Shown: positions 10,871 to 24,234 of the stretch, in pieces
How positions within the stretch are numbered: position 1 is the stretch's first letter
Layout: each line of letters opens with the position of its first letter
DNA from: Octopus vulgaris
Taxonomy: Eukaryota
Direction: 5' to 3'
Assembly: GCA_951406725.2 (NCBI GenBank)
Contig: OX597839.1
Coordinates: forward strand, 27,962,001 to 28,026,000
Length of the DNA stretch: 64,000 nt
The notes under the pieces: generated by a model
What the model was told of the DNA's origin: nothing
Seen by the model: only the letters and a program-made list of their open reading frames with translations
The model's database searches: none
Position numbers and translations under genes: made by a program

Positions 10871-12131
10871 CAAGGGGCTACCCAAAAGAAGCCGTAATTT
10901 TGCAATATTATTTTATTCACTTAGTTTTACATGTTTACTCTTTTACAACCTTCAAAATATTCTCCGTTTGAAGCAAGGCATCAGTCCAGACACGTTTTTC
11001 CACTATTCAAAGCAGAGCTGGAACTCTTGCGAAGGGATGCCTTTTAACGCCTCCATCGTTGTTCTTCTTCCTCTTTCTTCCACATCTGCAAATTCCGTAG
11101 CACCAGCCTTCGTCACCAGTGATGACCTTCAAAAATAGGTCCGGATCAACTTCCAGCTGGTTTTTTTCAATTCACGTAAAAAGCACCGTCCGTTCGTGTC
11201 CGTTGCCAGCCTCGCCTGGCCCCCGTGCCGGTGGCACGTAAAAAGCACCATCCGTTTCGTGGCCGTTTGCCAGCCTCGCCTGGCCCCCGTGCCGGTGGCA
11301 CGTAGCACCATCCATTCGTGTCCGTTGCCAGCCTCGCATGGCCCCCGTGCCGGTGGCACGTAAAAGCACCCACTACACTCACGGAGTGGTTGGCGTTAGG
11401 AAGGGCATCCAGCCGTAGAAACACTGCCAGATCTGACTGGGCCTGATGAAGCCTTCTGGCTTCACAGACCCCAGTTGAACCGACCAACCCATGCTAGCAT
11501 GGAAAGCGGACACTAAACGATGATGATGATGATGATGATGACACGTATTCAGTCTTGACTGCTTTTAATCTTCCGTGAGCAAGCGAGGCACAAATTTTGC
11601 TGCAACTGTTTTCATTTGCAATTCCTCGCTGAAAATTCGTTGGCAGAAGTTCCAGGACACACCCGTCATATCAACAAGTTTGTCAATTGTTCAGTGACAG
11701 CCCTCCAAGATCAGTTCATGAATTTTCATGATGTTTTCATTTCTTCAGGAGATCAACGGTCATCCTGAACAAGGCTGATCTTCAAGTAACAAGTAACCAT
11801 TCCTAAAGCATGGAAACCACTCGTTTCCATGCTTTAGGCATGGCAGTGTCCTTGTAAGCTGTTTGAAGCATGACAACTGTTTCAGCTGCCGTTTTCCCCA
11901 CCAGAAAACAGGATCTTCCTTCATTTTAGCTCGTGCAAAAATCGACAAACGGGGAAGAAAGAACTGCAGAACAAGGACACACACGACGTGGCAGTATGAC
12001 TCTGGTGAGCGCCACCGGTCAGCAGACTGATGCCTGAAGGTTGCATCAAGTGGCTTCAAACGGTGGAAGCCTGAACTACAACAGGTTTATGTCACAGAAA
12101 ATGTTTTCAATTACTTTTGGGTACCCACTTG
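10871..12131 (-). mobile_element. Internally deleted mariner element with both TIRs
   Basis: TA|caaggggctacccaaaag ... cttttgggtacccacttg|TA; minus-strand relics ..EELQMKTVAAKFVPRLL.. and ..EFQLCFE*WKKR..NGEYFEG. Confidence 0.8.
11171..11540 (+). mobile_element. RTE 3' end (family B) nested in the mariner element
   Basis: Tandem gtgccggtggcacgtaaaa units, (GAT)n tail. Confidence 0.85.
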
Positions 12132-12220
12132 TATGTATGTATGTGTGTGTGTATATATATATATATATCATATATATATTATGTATATATATACATTATA
12201 TACATATATATATGTATATA

Positions 12221-12605
12221 CAGGAATGGCTGTGTGGTAAGTAGCTTGCTAACCAACCACATGGTTCCGGGTTCAGTCCCACTGCGTGGCATCTTGGGAA
12301 AGTGTCTTCTGCTATAGCCCCGGGCCGACCAATGCCTTGTGAGTGGATTTGGTAGACGGAAACTGAAAGAAGCCTGTCGTATATATGTATATATATGTAT
12401 GTATGTGTGTGTGTTTGTCCCCCTAGCATTGCTTGACAACCGATGCTGGTGTGTTTACGTCCCCGTTACTTATCGGCAAAAGAGACCGATAAAATAAGTA
12501 CTGGGCTTACAAAGAATAAGTCCCGGGGTCGATTTGCTCGACTAAAGGCGGTGCTCCAGCATGGCCGCAGTCAAAATGACTGAAACAAGTAAAAGAGTAA
12601 AAGAG
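12221..12605 (+). mobile_element. SINE family A
   Basis: Full-length match to family A. Confidence 0.9.
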
Positions 12606-12863
12606 TTTATATATATTGCTAGCTATAAATCTCTGTGTGTATATATATACTTATATATGTCTCTCCACTCTCTCTCTCTCTCTCTCTCTGCATTTCCTTC
12701 TCCTATATATGTGCATGAGGGGTGGAGGATACATGTAGTATGTCTATGTGTGTGTGTGTGTGTGTGTGATCTATCTGGCTCTGGTTGTTGTCATGATTGT
12801 ACATGTCTTGCAAAATGCATCAGTGACAGTGATTAGTGTTTGCATGTAGTGTGTAGGTGTGCG

Positions 12864-12894
<31 letters not shown>

Positions 12895-13839
12895 TTGTGT
12901 GTGTGCGTGCATATACAACTTCCTTCCTGATCTTCTTTTAACATATGGTTTTCATATATTTTTTCTTTGTGACCCCTTTCTTAAATTACTCTACCTGACT
13001 CCTTTTCCGACCTTTTTTCTCTACATATTGTTTTTTTTTTTGTTTGTTTTCTAATTCATTTATATGTTGTTGTTGTTGTTTTTCTATCTTATATTACAAA
13101 TGGTGAACAATAGCGTCTTTGAGGTAACAGCTATCTTTCAGATCAATCGGTCATTGCTTCCTTGCATCACTGATGCTGAGAGTCAGTCACAAGGAAGTGT
13201 TTGTAACTTGCTGCAGAACAAATATCACAAGGAACCTCATTTAAGAAAATCTGTTTCTTTCTTTTTTTTATTTATGGTTTTCTCAACACAACAAGGTTTG
13301 CATTTCTATGAAAGATACACACAGGCTAATGTACACACAAACAAACAAACAAACACACACACACACACACACACATACATACATACATGGTTGTGTGGTT
13401 AAAAAGTTTGTTTCACAACCTCATGGTTTTGGGTTCAGTTCCACTACAGAGAACTTTGAGCAAGTGCTTTTTATAACCCAAGGCCCGACCTATGCATTGT
13501 GAGGGAATTTGATAGCTGGAAACTGTAGGAAGCCCATTGAATGTGTATGCATGCGTTTGTGTGTGACTATCCATATTCTTCATTTGTCACTGCTTTGGTG
13601 AAGCAATGCTTCATTGATGTTCTTTGTTCACATTATGACCAGACAATCTGTGCTTTTGAAGGCCCCTACAATTCATTTATAAAATTCTTCCCTTAAAAAA
13701 CCCTTAAAAAACAGGTTAGTGACAGGAAGTGCATCCCCATATAATAGTCCCACCTCAAGTAACTCTTCATTCAAAATACCTAAAAATTATTGGTAATATG
13801 GTGACTAACAGAATTCTTACTATTCTAGAACATAATAAC

Positions 13840-13939
13840 TAATAGTACCCCTAAGTAATAGTACCCCTAAGTAATAGTACCCCTAAGTAATAGTATCCCT
13901 AAGTAATAGTATCCCTAAGTAACTAATAGTACCCCTAAG
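13840..13939. repeat. 16-bp minisatellite (taatagtacccctaag), about 6 units
   Basis: Head-to-tail near-identical units, seen directly. Confidence 0.9.
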
Positions 13940-14172
13940 TTGGTTACATGGCAGCCAACAGCACCCTTAATGATAAAAAATTGTAGTACCCTTAATACCT
14001 CATTATAGATAAAATACTATACCATCCTTTTCATTGAAGTCATTGAAAGGGATTTCTGTGTCATTGTCTGACTTGTTGAAAATAACAGCCAAATCTCCTT
14101 CATATCGCACACATTCGTGTAATGTGTCTGTGTGTTATGTGTGCATGTGTGGGACAAGGTTGTGTGCATGTA

Positions 14173-14806
14173 TCAGGTCATCCCATAAGTTCTGTCTGAA
14201 TTTTGAATAAAGAAAACAAAGTGATCAAATGTTATATTTAATTGAAATTTAATCATCAATGTACTTTCCCTGATTATCTATGACTTCCTTCCATCTATTT
14301 ACAAGCTTTTTAATCCCATCAATGTAAAACTCTTTTGGTTTCAAAACAAAGAACTCTGAAATGTCAGTTTCGACCTCCTCCTGGCTTGCAAAAGTTATGT
14401 CCCCCAAATGATTCTGTAAACTACGAAACAAATGGTAGTCTGAAGGAGCAAGGTTGGGAGAATAAGGTGGATGAGGAATTTTTCCCAAACAAGCTCTTCG
14501 ATCTTCTGTGATGTGATCTTTGCAGTGTGGGGTTGCACATTGTCCTGATGAAACATCACTCCTTTTCGATTCACTAAAGCAGGTCTTCTTCTCTTCAAAG
14601 CTTGGTTCAAATGCTCTAATTGCAGACAGCAGACTTGAGCATTGATTGTTGCTAATTAGGTGGTAACAATTCAAAGTGAATTACTCCTTTGCAATCCCAC
14701 CAAACTGAGAGAAGAGCCTTTTTCCCATGAAGTTCCCTTCTCTATTGTGGTTGAGCTTTTTCCCAAGCCAAGGAAATGAGGCCCAATTATCTCATCCACA
14801 GTAATT
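14173..14806 (-). pseudogene. mariner (DD34D-type) transposase C-terminal half with one terminus, frameshifted
   Basis: ORFs 14249-14674 and 14395-14610: FHQDNVQPH and PHPPYSPNLAPSDYHLFRSLQNHL..RWKEVIDNQGKYID; ITVDE-like first catalytic motif near 14790. Confidence 0.92.
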
Positions 14807-15278
14807 GCACACCATACTGTACACTATATGGGCTGCACTTCTCTTTGGTGTGTTGCTCTCAGATTCTCAGATCTTACAAACCATCTTACAAACAATAACT
14901 CTGAGCACCTTTTCAAACTCCACCCGTCTAACACCCGTGGACATGTTTACAAAGTCAGAAAACAGCACAGCTCCCATGACTTTCGGAAACATTTTTTCAC
15001 GCTGAGAGTTGCTGAAGCATGGAACAAACTGCCATCATCAGTTGTTAGTTGTCGGAGCACTGCATCCTTCAAAACTTCCATGCTTCCTGAGATTCGCCAA
15101 CACTACACTTGATTTTCTCCCCTCCATACACACACAGCATGTATCTGACTCATACACTGTTCACTTTCCAGACATTTTTACATTACTGCATGTGCTTTAT
15201 ATGCACTTTTGACAAGTTGTGGTGCACCTGAGCACTGTATACAATAATTCCATTATTATTATTATTATTATTATTATA
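14807..15278 (+). mobile_element. CR1/Jockey-group LINE 3' end
   Basis: ORF 14828-15112 TRGHVYKVRKQHSSHDFRKHFFTLRVAEAWNKLP is a typical CR1-group ORF2 C-terminus; (ATT)n tail. Confidence 0.88.
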
Positions 15279-15685
15279 TCCCCAAAACCAGCAATTTTGT
15301 CTGTTGGTGAAACCATTCAAATGAAAGTGAGCATCATCAGAATTGATCAATTTCTGTGTAAAATTTGGGTCATTTCATGCCAATTCCTGGATTCTGCGCA
15401 TATTGGAGCCTATGTTCATAATCATGGGGCTTCAACTGGTGAACCAACAGTACCTTGTATGGAAAAAGGTTAAGGCTGGTGAGAACCCTTTAAAACCCAA
15501 ACTGCCTGGGCTGCCCTCCAGTCAACATGCCCGGATTTTGTTCAACACTCTCTTACACTCATTCCCTTGCCTCATCGGTTCGGACAGGGTGGGGTCCCCC
15601 ATGTTGTGGGAGGTCACTTCCTGCCCCTTGTTTTTAAAAACAATGAACCAAGTTCCTAATTGTGCTTGCACTTGGGGCATCTCTC
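15279..15685 (-). pseudogene. Tc1/mariner-superfamily (Tc3-like) transposase N-terminal fragment
   Basis: Manual minus translation: LFPYKVLLVHQLKPHDYEHRLQYA, frameshift, then DPNFTQKLINSDDAHFHLNGFTNRQNCWFWG; right boundary uncertain. Confidence 0.8.
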
Positions 15686-15844
15686 ACAGTAAGATATAGT
15701 TTGAGGGAGATTTGACTGGTATTTCTAGCAGATCAAGCAACAAGAAAGGCTTCTGTATTGTATCATGTGTAGCTGTTGTTGCTTGTGTTGTTTAGCCCCA
15801 GGTCAGTAATGATTGAGCAAAACCTATGAACAAATGTATTCCAG

Positions 15845-16075
15845 TGGCGAGCTGGCAGAATTGTTAGCACGTCAGGCGAAATGCTTAGCAGTATTTTGGC
15901 TGCCGTTATGTTGTGAGTTCAAATTCCGCCGAGGTCAACTTTGCCTTTCATCCTTTCGGGGTCGATAAATTAAGTACCAGTTACGCACTGGGGTCGATAT
16001 AATCAACTTAATATCTATGTCTGTCCATGTTTGTCCCCTCTATGTTTAGCCCCTTGTGGGTAATAAAGAAATAGG
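15845..16075 (+). mobile_element. SINE family C, TSD attccagtgg
   Basis: Full-length copy; the empty site is visible in the paralogous segment at 8800-8815. Confidence 0.9.
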
Positions 16076-16233
16076 CATTCCAGTGGTGACCACCTCATCT
16101 ACTTTTTGGATATTGTGTACCTGGGACTGCATCATTTAATGTGTCCTTCCTGTGTTTTTGTTTTAAACGCACAGGAGTGGCTGTGTGGTAAGTAGCTTGC
16201 TTACCAACCACATGGTTCCGGGTTCAGTCCCAC

Positions 16234-16349
16234 GTGTATGTATATGTTGTGCATGTATTTGTTAGTGTTTGTTCATGTGTGTGTGTGGTTGTGCGTGTGT
16301 GTGCTTGCATGCATGTGTGTGTTTATGCATGTCTGTGTACACATGTATT

Positions 16350-16384
<35 letters not shown>

Positions 16385-16935
16385 TTGTTAGTGTGTCTCA
16401 GATTTCTGTACATATTTATGTTGTGACTGAATGCATATGTGTATATGTGTGTTTATGCATGTCTCTGTATGTGTGTGTGTGTGTATGTGTGTTTATGGAT
16501 GTCTGTGAGTGTGTGTACTTATACATATCTGTGTGCGTGTGTTTTTATGCAAGTTTGTGTGTATGTATGTGTGTGTGTATCAGTACATGTTTATGTTGTG
16601 ACTAATTGTGTGTGTGTGTGTGTTTATGTATGTCCGTGAGTGTGTGTGTGTGCTTATGCATGTCTGTGCGTTTATGCATGTGTGTGTGCGTGCATGCATG
16701 TGTGTGTGCGTGCATGTCTCTGTATGTGTGTGTATGTGTGTTTATGTATGTCTGTGAGTGTGTGTACTTATACATATCTGTGTGCGTGTGTTTTTATGCA
16801 AGTTTGTGTGTGCACTTATGTGTATATGTGTGTGTGTGTTTATGTATGTGTGTGTGTGCATGTGTTTATTTATTAGTGTGTGTCTCGGATTTCTGTACAT
16901 ATCTGTGTTGTGACTGAATGCGTGTGTGTGTGTGT
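16234..16935. repeat. Degenerate (TG)n low-complexity tract with internal duplication
   Basis: gtctgtgagtgtgtgtacttatacatatctgtgtgcgtgtgtttttatgcaagtttg occurs at ~16501 and ~16750. Confidence 0.85.
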
Positions 16936-17717
16936 TTTATCACCATAATCCTGTCTACCCAGCTTCTCCATTGCATCTACCCTTGCAACCAGCCAACTAA
17001 CCAGGTTTTGGATTTTTTATATATATATATATATATTTCGTTTTGTTTTTTGTTTGTTTTGTTGTTCTTCATGTTATAACTTTACTATCTGATTACAGTC
17101 CTTGGTTAGATGTAAAAGGGGGGTAAAATGGAAAGGAGCAGTGTGGGGTGGGGGTGGGGGTGGGGTAAGGGTATTGCCCCTGTACAGCTTACTCCTGCTT
17201 CAAACTCCAGGCCAGCATCTCCCTGAACTGTACTGATAAAGTCAGCTTGTCTATCCCTATATCTTAACTATATGTATCACCACCATCACCCCCACATCAT
17301 CATCATCATCATCATCATCACCACCACCACCTTTACTGTGTAGTACTACCACCATACTATCACCACTGCTAGCAATTTATTTTCTGCACATACATCAAAC
17401 TTCATAAGTAGGCAGCTTCTCTGTGGTCATGCAGTCTGCTAGAAATAGACCTAAATTTTCCTTTAACTCATACCCTACCAGCTTAAATATATGTATATTT
17501 ATATGTCTATCTATCTATCTATTTCTCTGTCTGTCTGTTTACTTATCTACTTATTTATCTATCTACACATCTATCTAATTGCCTGTCTATCTTTCTATCT
17601 AACTATAATGATAATGAAATTATTGTGTATAGTGTTCAGGTGCACTACAACTCATCTATCTATTTATCTATCTATCTATCAATCTGTCTGTCTGTCTATC
17701 TATCTCTGTTTATCAAC

Positions 17718-17764
<47 letters not shown>

Positions 17765-17765
<1 letters not shown>

Positions 17766-18027
17766 GCCTTGTGAGTGGATTTGGTAGACAGAAACTGAAA
17801 GAAGCCTGTCGTATATATGTGTGTGTCTGTGTTTGTCCCCCTAGCATTGCTTGACAACCGATGCTGGTGTGTTTACGTCCCCGTCACTTAGCGGTTCGGC
17901 AAAGAGACCGATAGAATAAGTACTGGGCTTACAAAGAATAAGTCCCGAGGTCGATTTGCTCGGCTAAAAGGCAGTGCTCCAGCATGGCCACAGTCAAATG
18001 ACTGAAACAAGTAAAAGAGTAAAGAGT
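17765..18027 (+). mobile_element. SINE family A, 5'-truncated, within (TCTA)n/(TCTG)n
   Basis: Matches 3' two-thirds of family A. Confidence 0.85.
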
Positions 18028-18541
18028 ATCTGTCTGTCTGTCTATCTATTTATAGATAGATAGATCAATAGATAACAGAGTATTAGATTTACGATTCCTT
18101 TAGAAGAATGATCATAGGTCTCCTCAGCCAGGTCTGACCTGGGGCTAAACAACAATCTCCAATATCACAGCATTGAGTGTCGGGGAGGAGCTATGCCTCT
18201 TGTTTACACATCATTTACTTGTTTTAGTCATGAGAGTTTGGCCATGCTGGAGCACCGAGCTGGAGAGTTTTAGTCAATTGAATCAAATCCAGTACTTTTG
18301 TTTTTTAAGCCTGGTATTTATTCTATTGGTCTCAAAACATATATATACATATATATAAGTGTATATATATATTTACGGTGGGCTTCTTTCAGTTTCTGTC
18401 TATTAAACCCACTCACAAGGCTTTGATTAACCTGAGGCTATAGTAAAAGATACTTGCCCAAGGTGTGATGCAGTGGGACTGATCCCAGAACCATCTGGTC
18501 GGGAAGCAAACGTCTTGCAACATATATATATACATATGTAT

Positions 18542-18587
<46 letters not shown>

Positions 18588-18724
18588 GTGTGGCACTTTG
18601 GGTAGGTGTCTTCTACTATAGCCCCGAGCCGACCGGAGCTTTGTGATTGAATTCCGGTAGGTAAGTTACTGCCGTGTGTGTATGTGTGCGTATAGCTACT
18701 CAGTGCCTCTCCGAAAGAGAGAGA

Positions 18725-18768
<44 letters not shown>

Positions 18769-18905
18769 GTGTGGCACTTTGGGTAGGTGTCTTCTACTAT
18801 AGCCCCGAGCCGACCGGAGCTTTGTGATTGAATTCGGTAGGTGGAAGTTACTGCCGTGTGTGTATGTGTGCGTATAGCTACTCAGTGCCTCTCCGAAAGA
18901 GAGAG

Positions 18906-18945
<40 letters not shown>

Positions 18946-19519
18946 TCATCATCATCATTGTTTAACATCCTTCTTCCATGCTGGCATCGGTTGATGGTGT
19001 TGGATGGTTTGACATGGAGCTGGCCAGGCAGAAGACTACACCAGACTTCTGTGTCTGTTTCAGCATGGTTTTTATGGATGGAGATATATATATATCCATC
19101 ATCATCATCATCATCATCATCTATACATATATACTCTCATACACATATATATATATATATAGATAGATACATACATACACACACATATACATATATATAT
19201 ATAAGATATATACACATACATATACACACTTCCTCACTACTTTTGCATTTACTCACCACCATCAAACATTTGTCAATGCTACCACCAACACCACTATGAC
19301 GATTATGCAAACGGGTAGTCATGGTCAGAATGTCTTTGATCGCATTTCTGTTCACTGAGGGTTGACAACAGCATCTCGTCTCCCCCCCCCGACCCCACCC
19401 ACCCACCTTTTACGACCCCCTCCCTGCCCCCTTGCCAGGAAGCATGTGCGCATCACTGAATACCAACATGAAATGCGCTTAATTCTTCCTTCACTCTCCA
19501 TGTGTATGTAACTGGCATC

Positions 19520-19929
19520 GTCATCATGGCCGTCGTCATCACCACCACCAACACCACTGTTCCATTACATAATCATCACCATCATCATCATTGTCGTCAC
19601 CATCACATCATTAGCAGCAGCAGCATCATCACCACCATGATTCCATCTCATCATTGTCATCGTCATCATCTACCATCATCATCATCACCATTGTCATCAT
19701 CACCATCATATCATCTAGCATCTTCATCACTCATCCACCAGCATCACCATCATCATCACTCATCACCATCATCTACTAGCATCGACATCATCATCATCAC
19801 CACCACCATCACATCATTATCATCATAGTCGTCATCCTCCACCAACATCATCATTATTGTTGCCATCATCATCATCATCATCATCATCACCGCCACTAGC
19901 ATCTTGTTTTCTGATCTTTGACACACACA

Positions 19930-19960
<31 letters not shown>

Positions 19961-22900
19961 GCACCGCAGGCCATTTGACCTGTTAGCAGACAAATTTCTG
20001 CAGATTCTTCATGTAGGCGCAGGAGTGGCTGTGTGGTAAGTAGCTTGTTTACAACCACATGGTTTCGGGTTCAGTCCCACTGCGTGGCACCTTGGGCAAG
20101 CGTCTTCTACTATAGCCTTGGGCTGGCCAAAGCCTTGTGAGTGGATTTGGTAGACGGAAACTGAAAGAAGCCTGTCGTATATATGCATATATATATATAT
20201 ATGTGTGCGTGTGTGTATGTGTGTCTGTGTTTGTCTCCTTAGCATTGCTTGACAACCAATGCTGGTGTGCTTACGTCCCCGTCACTTAGCGGTTTGGCAA
20301 AAGAGACAGATAAAATAAGTACTGGGATTACAAAAGAATAAGTCCCGGGGTCGAGTTGTTTGATTAAAGGCAGTGCTCCAGCATGGCCGCAGTCAGATGA
20401 CTGAAACAAAAGAGTAAAAGAGAGTAAAGAGTACCATTTGAAAAAGAATTCATAAAAAAAAAAAGAACGAGGGATGCATGTCAAAACAAAGACTTCTGTG
20501 TCTTATTTAAAAATGGTGGTGGTGGTGGTGGTGGTGGTGGTGGTGGTTATTTCCAGCATTCACACTTTTCCGACTATCTTGTCATCACCACTACCACCAT
20601 TGTCATCATCATCATCATCATTGTTCTGATCACCACCATTGCCATTTCCATCTCCACCACCACCACAAACATCACTTCTGCAATCACCTTTTTTTCCATC
20701 AGCCCCACCATCACCATTACCTCTGCCATCTCCATCACCACAACCACCACCACCACCATCCCATCGTCAGAATTCTTTGACTACCATTACCACAACCAAC
20801 ATCATCCTCGTCTGCCACCACCACCACCACCACCCACCCCTTGTCACCTCGACCCCCTCCCTCATCACCACCTTCGCCTCTAGGTTAACACATGTAGACC
20901 ACCCTCGATCTCTATTATTGCCTCACCACCACGACCACCACCATGGTTTTTAAGAGCAACATGTAGACCCCCCTGTTATTATCCACATTATGTTATAAAC
21001 CACTGCCGCCAATACCAATACTATTACTTTTATTGCCATCACCGTATTAAACCCCCCCCGCCCTCGTTGACACCACCACCACTGTCACGACAGTCAGCAC
21101 CATCATCACCACCACACCCCATCATCTGTCCTCACCACCATCACCATAACATGTAGAGCCGATACCTCTATTACACCACCACCACCACCCCTATCATATC
21201 ATCTAGCATCTTCATCACTCATCCACCAGCATCTAGCATCGCCATCATCATCACCATCAGCATCACTGTTACAACTATCATCACCATCATTGCCACCACC
21301 ACCATCGTCATCATCATAGTCATCATCCTCCACCAACATCATTATTGTTGCCATCATCATCATCATCATCACCATCTCCATCATCATCATCAGCATCACT
21401 GTTACACACCATCACCACCACCACACATCACCACCACTGTCATGACCATCACTACCACCATCATCATCATCTCCATCAGCTTGTTTACACCACCACGGGT
21501 CAGTCCTCCTCTGTCCTCTTGGGCCACCATCATCTCCACTACCACCACCGGGCACCATAACATGTGAGAGGATTTGCGGAGACCCTGTTACACCACCACC
21601 ACCAGCAACCACCACCTGTCGTATATATGTATATATATATATATATGTGTGTGTGTATGTGTTTGTGTGTCTGTGTTTGTCTCCTTAGCATTGCTTGACA
21701 ACCGATGCTGGTGTGTGCTTACGTCCCCGTCACTTAGCAGTTTGGCAAAAGAGACAGATAAAATAAGTACTGGGATTACAAAAGAATAAGTCCCGGGGTC
21801 GAGTTGTTTGATTAAAGGCAGTGCTCAGGCATTAGCTTCGCAGTCAGATGACTGAAACAAAAGAGTAAAAGAGAGTAAAGAGTACCATTTGAAAAAGAAT
21901 TCATAAAAAAAAAAAGAACGAGGGATGCATGTCAAAACAAAGATGATTATTTAAAAATGGTGGTGGTGGTGGTGGTGGTGGTGGTGGTGGTGGTTTCTTT
22001 AAGCATTCACACTTTTCCGACTATCTTGTCACCACCACTACCACCATTGTCATCATCATCATCAACATTGTTCTCATCACCACCATTGCCATTTCCATCT
22101 CCACCACCACCACAAACATCACTTCTGCAATCACCTTTTTTTTTTCTCCATCAGCCCCACCATCACCATTACCTCTGCCATCTCCATCACCACAACCACC
22201 ACCACCACCATCCCATCGTCATTTTCACCACTACCATTACGTCAACCACCACCACCATTTCGTCACCACCACCATGTCGTCACCACCACCACCACCTCGT
22301 CACCACCACCACCATGTCGTCACCACCACCACCACTGTCGTCACCACCACCATCGTCACCACCACCACCACCTTCGCCTCTACTGTCACATGTCACCACC
22401 ACCACCATGTCGTCACCACCACCACCATCATCGTCACCACCACCATGGTGTCACCACCACCACCATGTAGTCACCACCCCTGTTATTATCCACATTATGT
22501 TATAAACCACTGCCGCTACCACCAATCGTCACTTTTATTGCCACCACCATGTCGTCACCACCACCACCATGTCGTCACCACCACCACCATGTCGTCACCA
22601 CCACCACCATGTCACCACCACCAACACCATGTCATTATCACCACCACTACCATCACGTCATCATCACCACCATGTTGTCACCACCACCACCACCCCTATT
22701 AACATTAACGCATTGGTTGATACCACCACCGCTACTAGCATCGCCATCATCACCATCAGCATCACCACCACCACCATGTCAACCACCACCACCACCATGT
22801 CGTCACCACCACCACCATCACCATCACCACCATCCTCACCATGTCCATCGCCATCACATCACCATCATCAGCATCACTGTCACAACCATCACCACCACTG

Positions 22901-23790
22901 TCATGACCATCACTACCACCATCATCATCATCTCCATCATCACCACCACCACGCCCTCCCTCTGTCCTCTCCACCATCACCACCACCACCATCACCACCA
23001 CTGTCATGACCATCACTACCCACCATCATCATCATCTCCATCACCACCACCACGCCCTCCCTCTGTCCCTCTCCACCATCATCCTCCACCACCCGACCCC
23101 CAAATCACCATTTCTACCAGTCCTTCCCTGTTACACCACCACCACCAGCACCACCACCCCTATTAACATTAACACACTGCTGATACCACCACCATCACTG
23201 TTGATACTTTCATTGATGCTGCTGCCGCTGCTGCCGCCACCTCCACCACTCATAATTTTGGCTGCCACCAGCACCAGACACCTTACTACACATTGTTATT
23301 GTCACACACACACACACACACACAAGGCATCATCATGCATACATCATCATCGTTGTCGTCATCATCATTGTTGTCATCACCTCCACTGCCACTATCGCAT
23401 TTCACCAACCACTACCATCACAACCACCCATACATGGACACACATATACCTATCATATTGTCATCACACACACACACACTTACACCATGTACATATGCAC
23501 CATCACCACTATACATATATGTCATATATCCACACACCACCTATACATATATATATATCATCATCACCACCATGTTGTCACCACCACCACCATGTCGTCA
23601 CCACCACCACCACCACCGTGTCGTCACCACCACCACCATGTCGTCACCACCACCACCATGTCGTCACCACCACCACCATGTCACCACCACCAACACCATG
23701 TCATTATCTCCACCGCCAACACCATGTCACCACCACCACCTTCCACGCCATCACCACCATAAACCCTTCCATCCACCACACCACTGCACC
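19520..23790. repeat. Large (CAT)n/(CAC)n low-complexity region with tandem duplication
   Basis: Seen directly; source of the poly-H/T/P/S ORFs. Confidence 0.9.
20015..20432 (+). mobile_element. SINE family A
   Basis: Full length; its 3' half is duplicated at 21615-21882. Confidence 0.9.
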
Positions 23791-24131
23791 TATACATCTA
23801 TATACACATATATACAAAATCACATACACACTTCCCATGCATACACATATACACACACACACTCACACACACACATACAAATTTCCATTCTGGGTTTGTA
23901 GAGGAACTGCTACTGAAAAATATAAAAAAAAAAGACCCTGCTAACTATAAACTCTTCAGGAAGTTGGAAAAGAGGCTTGTCTACCAGTCTGTCTGTTTGT
24001 CTGCCTGTCTGTAACTCTACCTGTCCTCTCTGCCGCAGCATTTGGTTTCTGACTTCTCTCAGATAATGTTTGGAGACTTGGAAGCTGAGAGATGTGCCCC
24101 ACCCCTCCTCTTTCTCCTCCTCCTCCACACA

Positions 24132-24178
<47 letters not shown>

Positions 24179-24201
24179 TGCATACACTCATACATCCATG
24201 C

Positions 24202-24234
<33 letters not shown>

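Noticed and set aside
12179-12439. Recurrent peptides RQASFSFRLPNPLTR and FYGWMPFLTPTT
   Set aside because: They are conceptual translations of SINE A and the RTE 3'UTR, repeated at every copy, and are not host genes.
13840-13939. Short regular repeat that could suggest a CRISPR array
   Set aside because: Units are directly adjacent with no spacers, the context is eukaryotic, and no cas genes are present.
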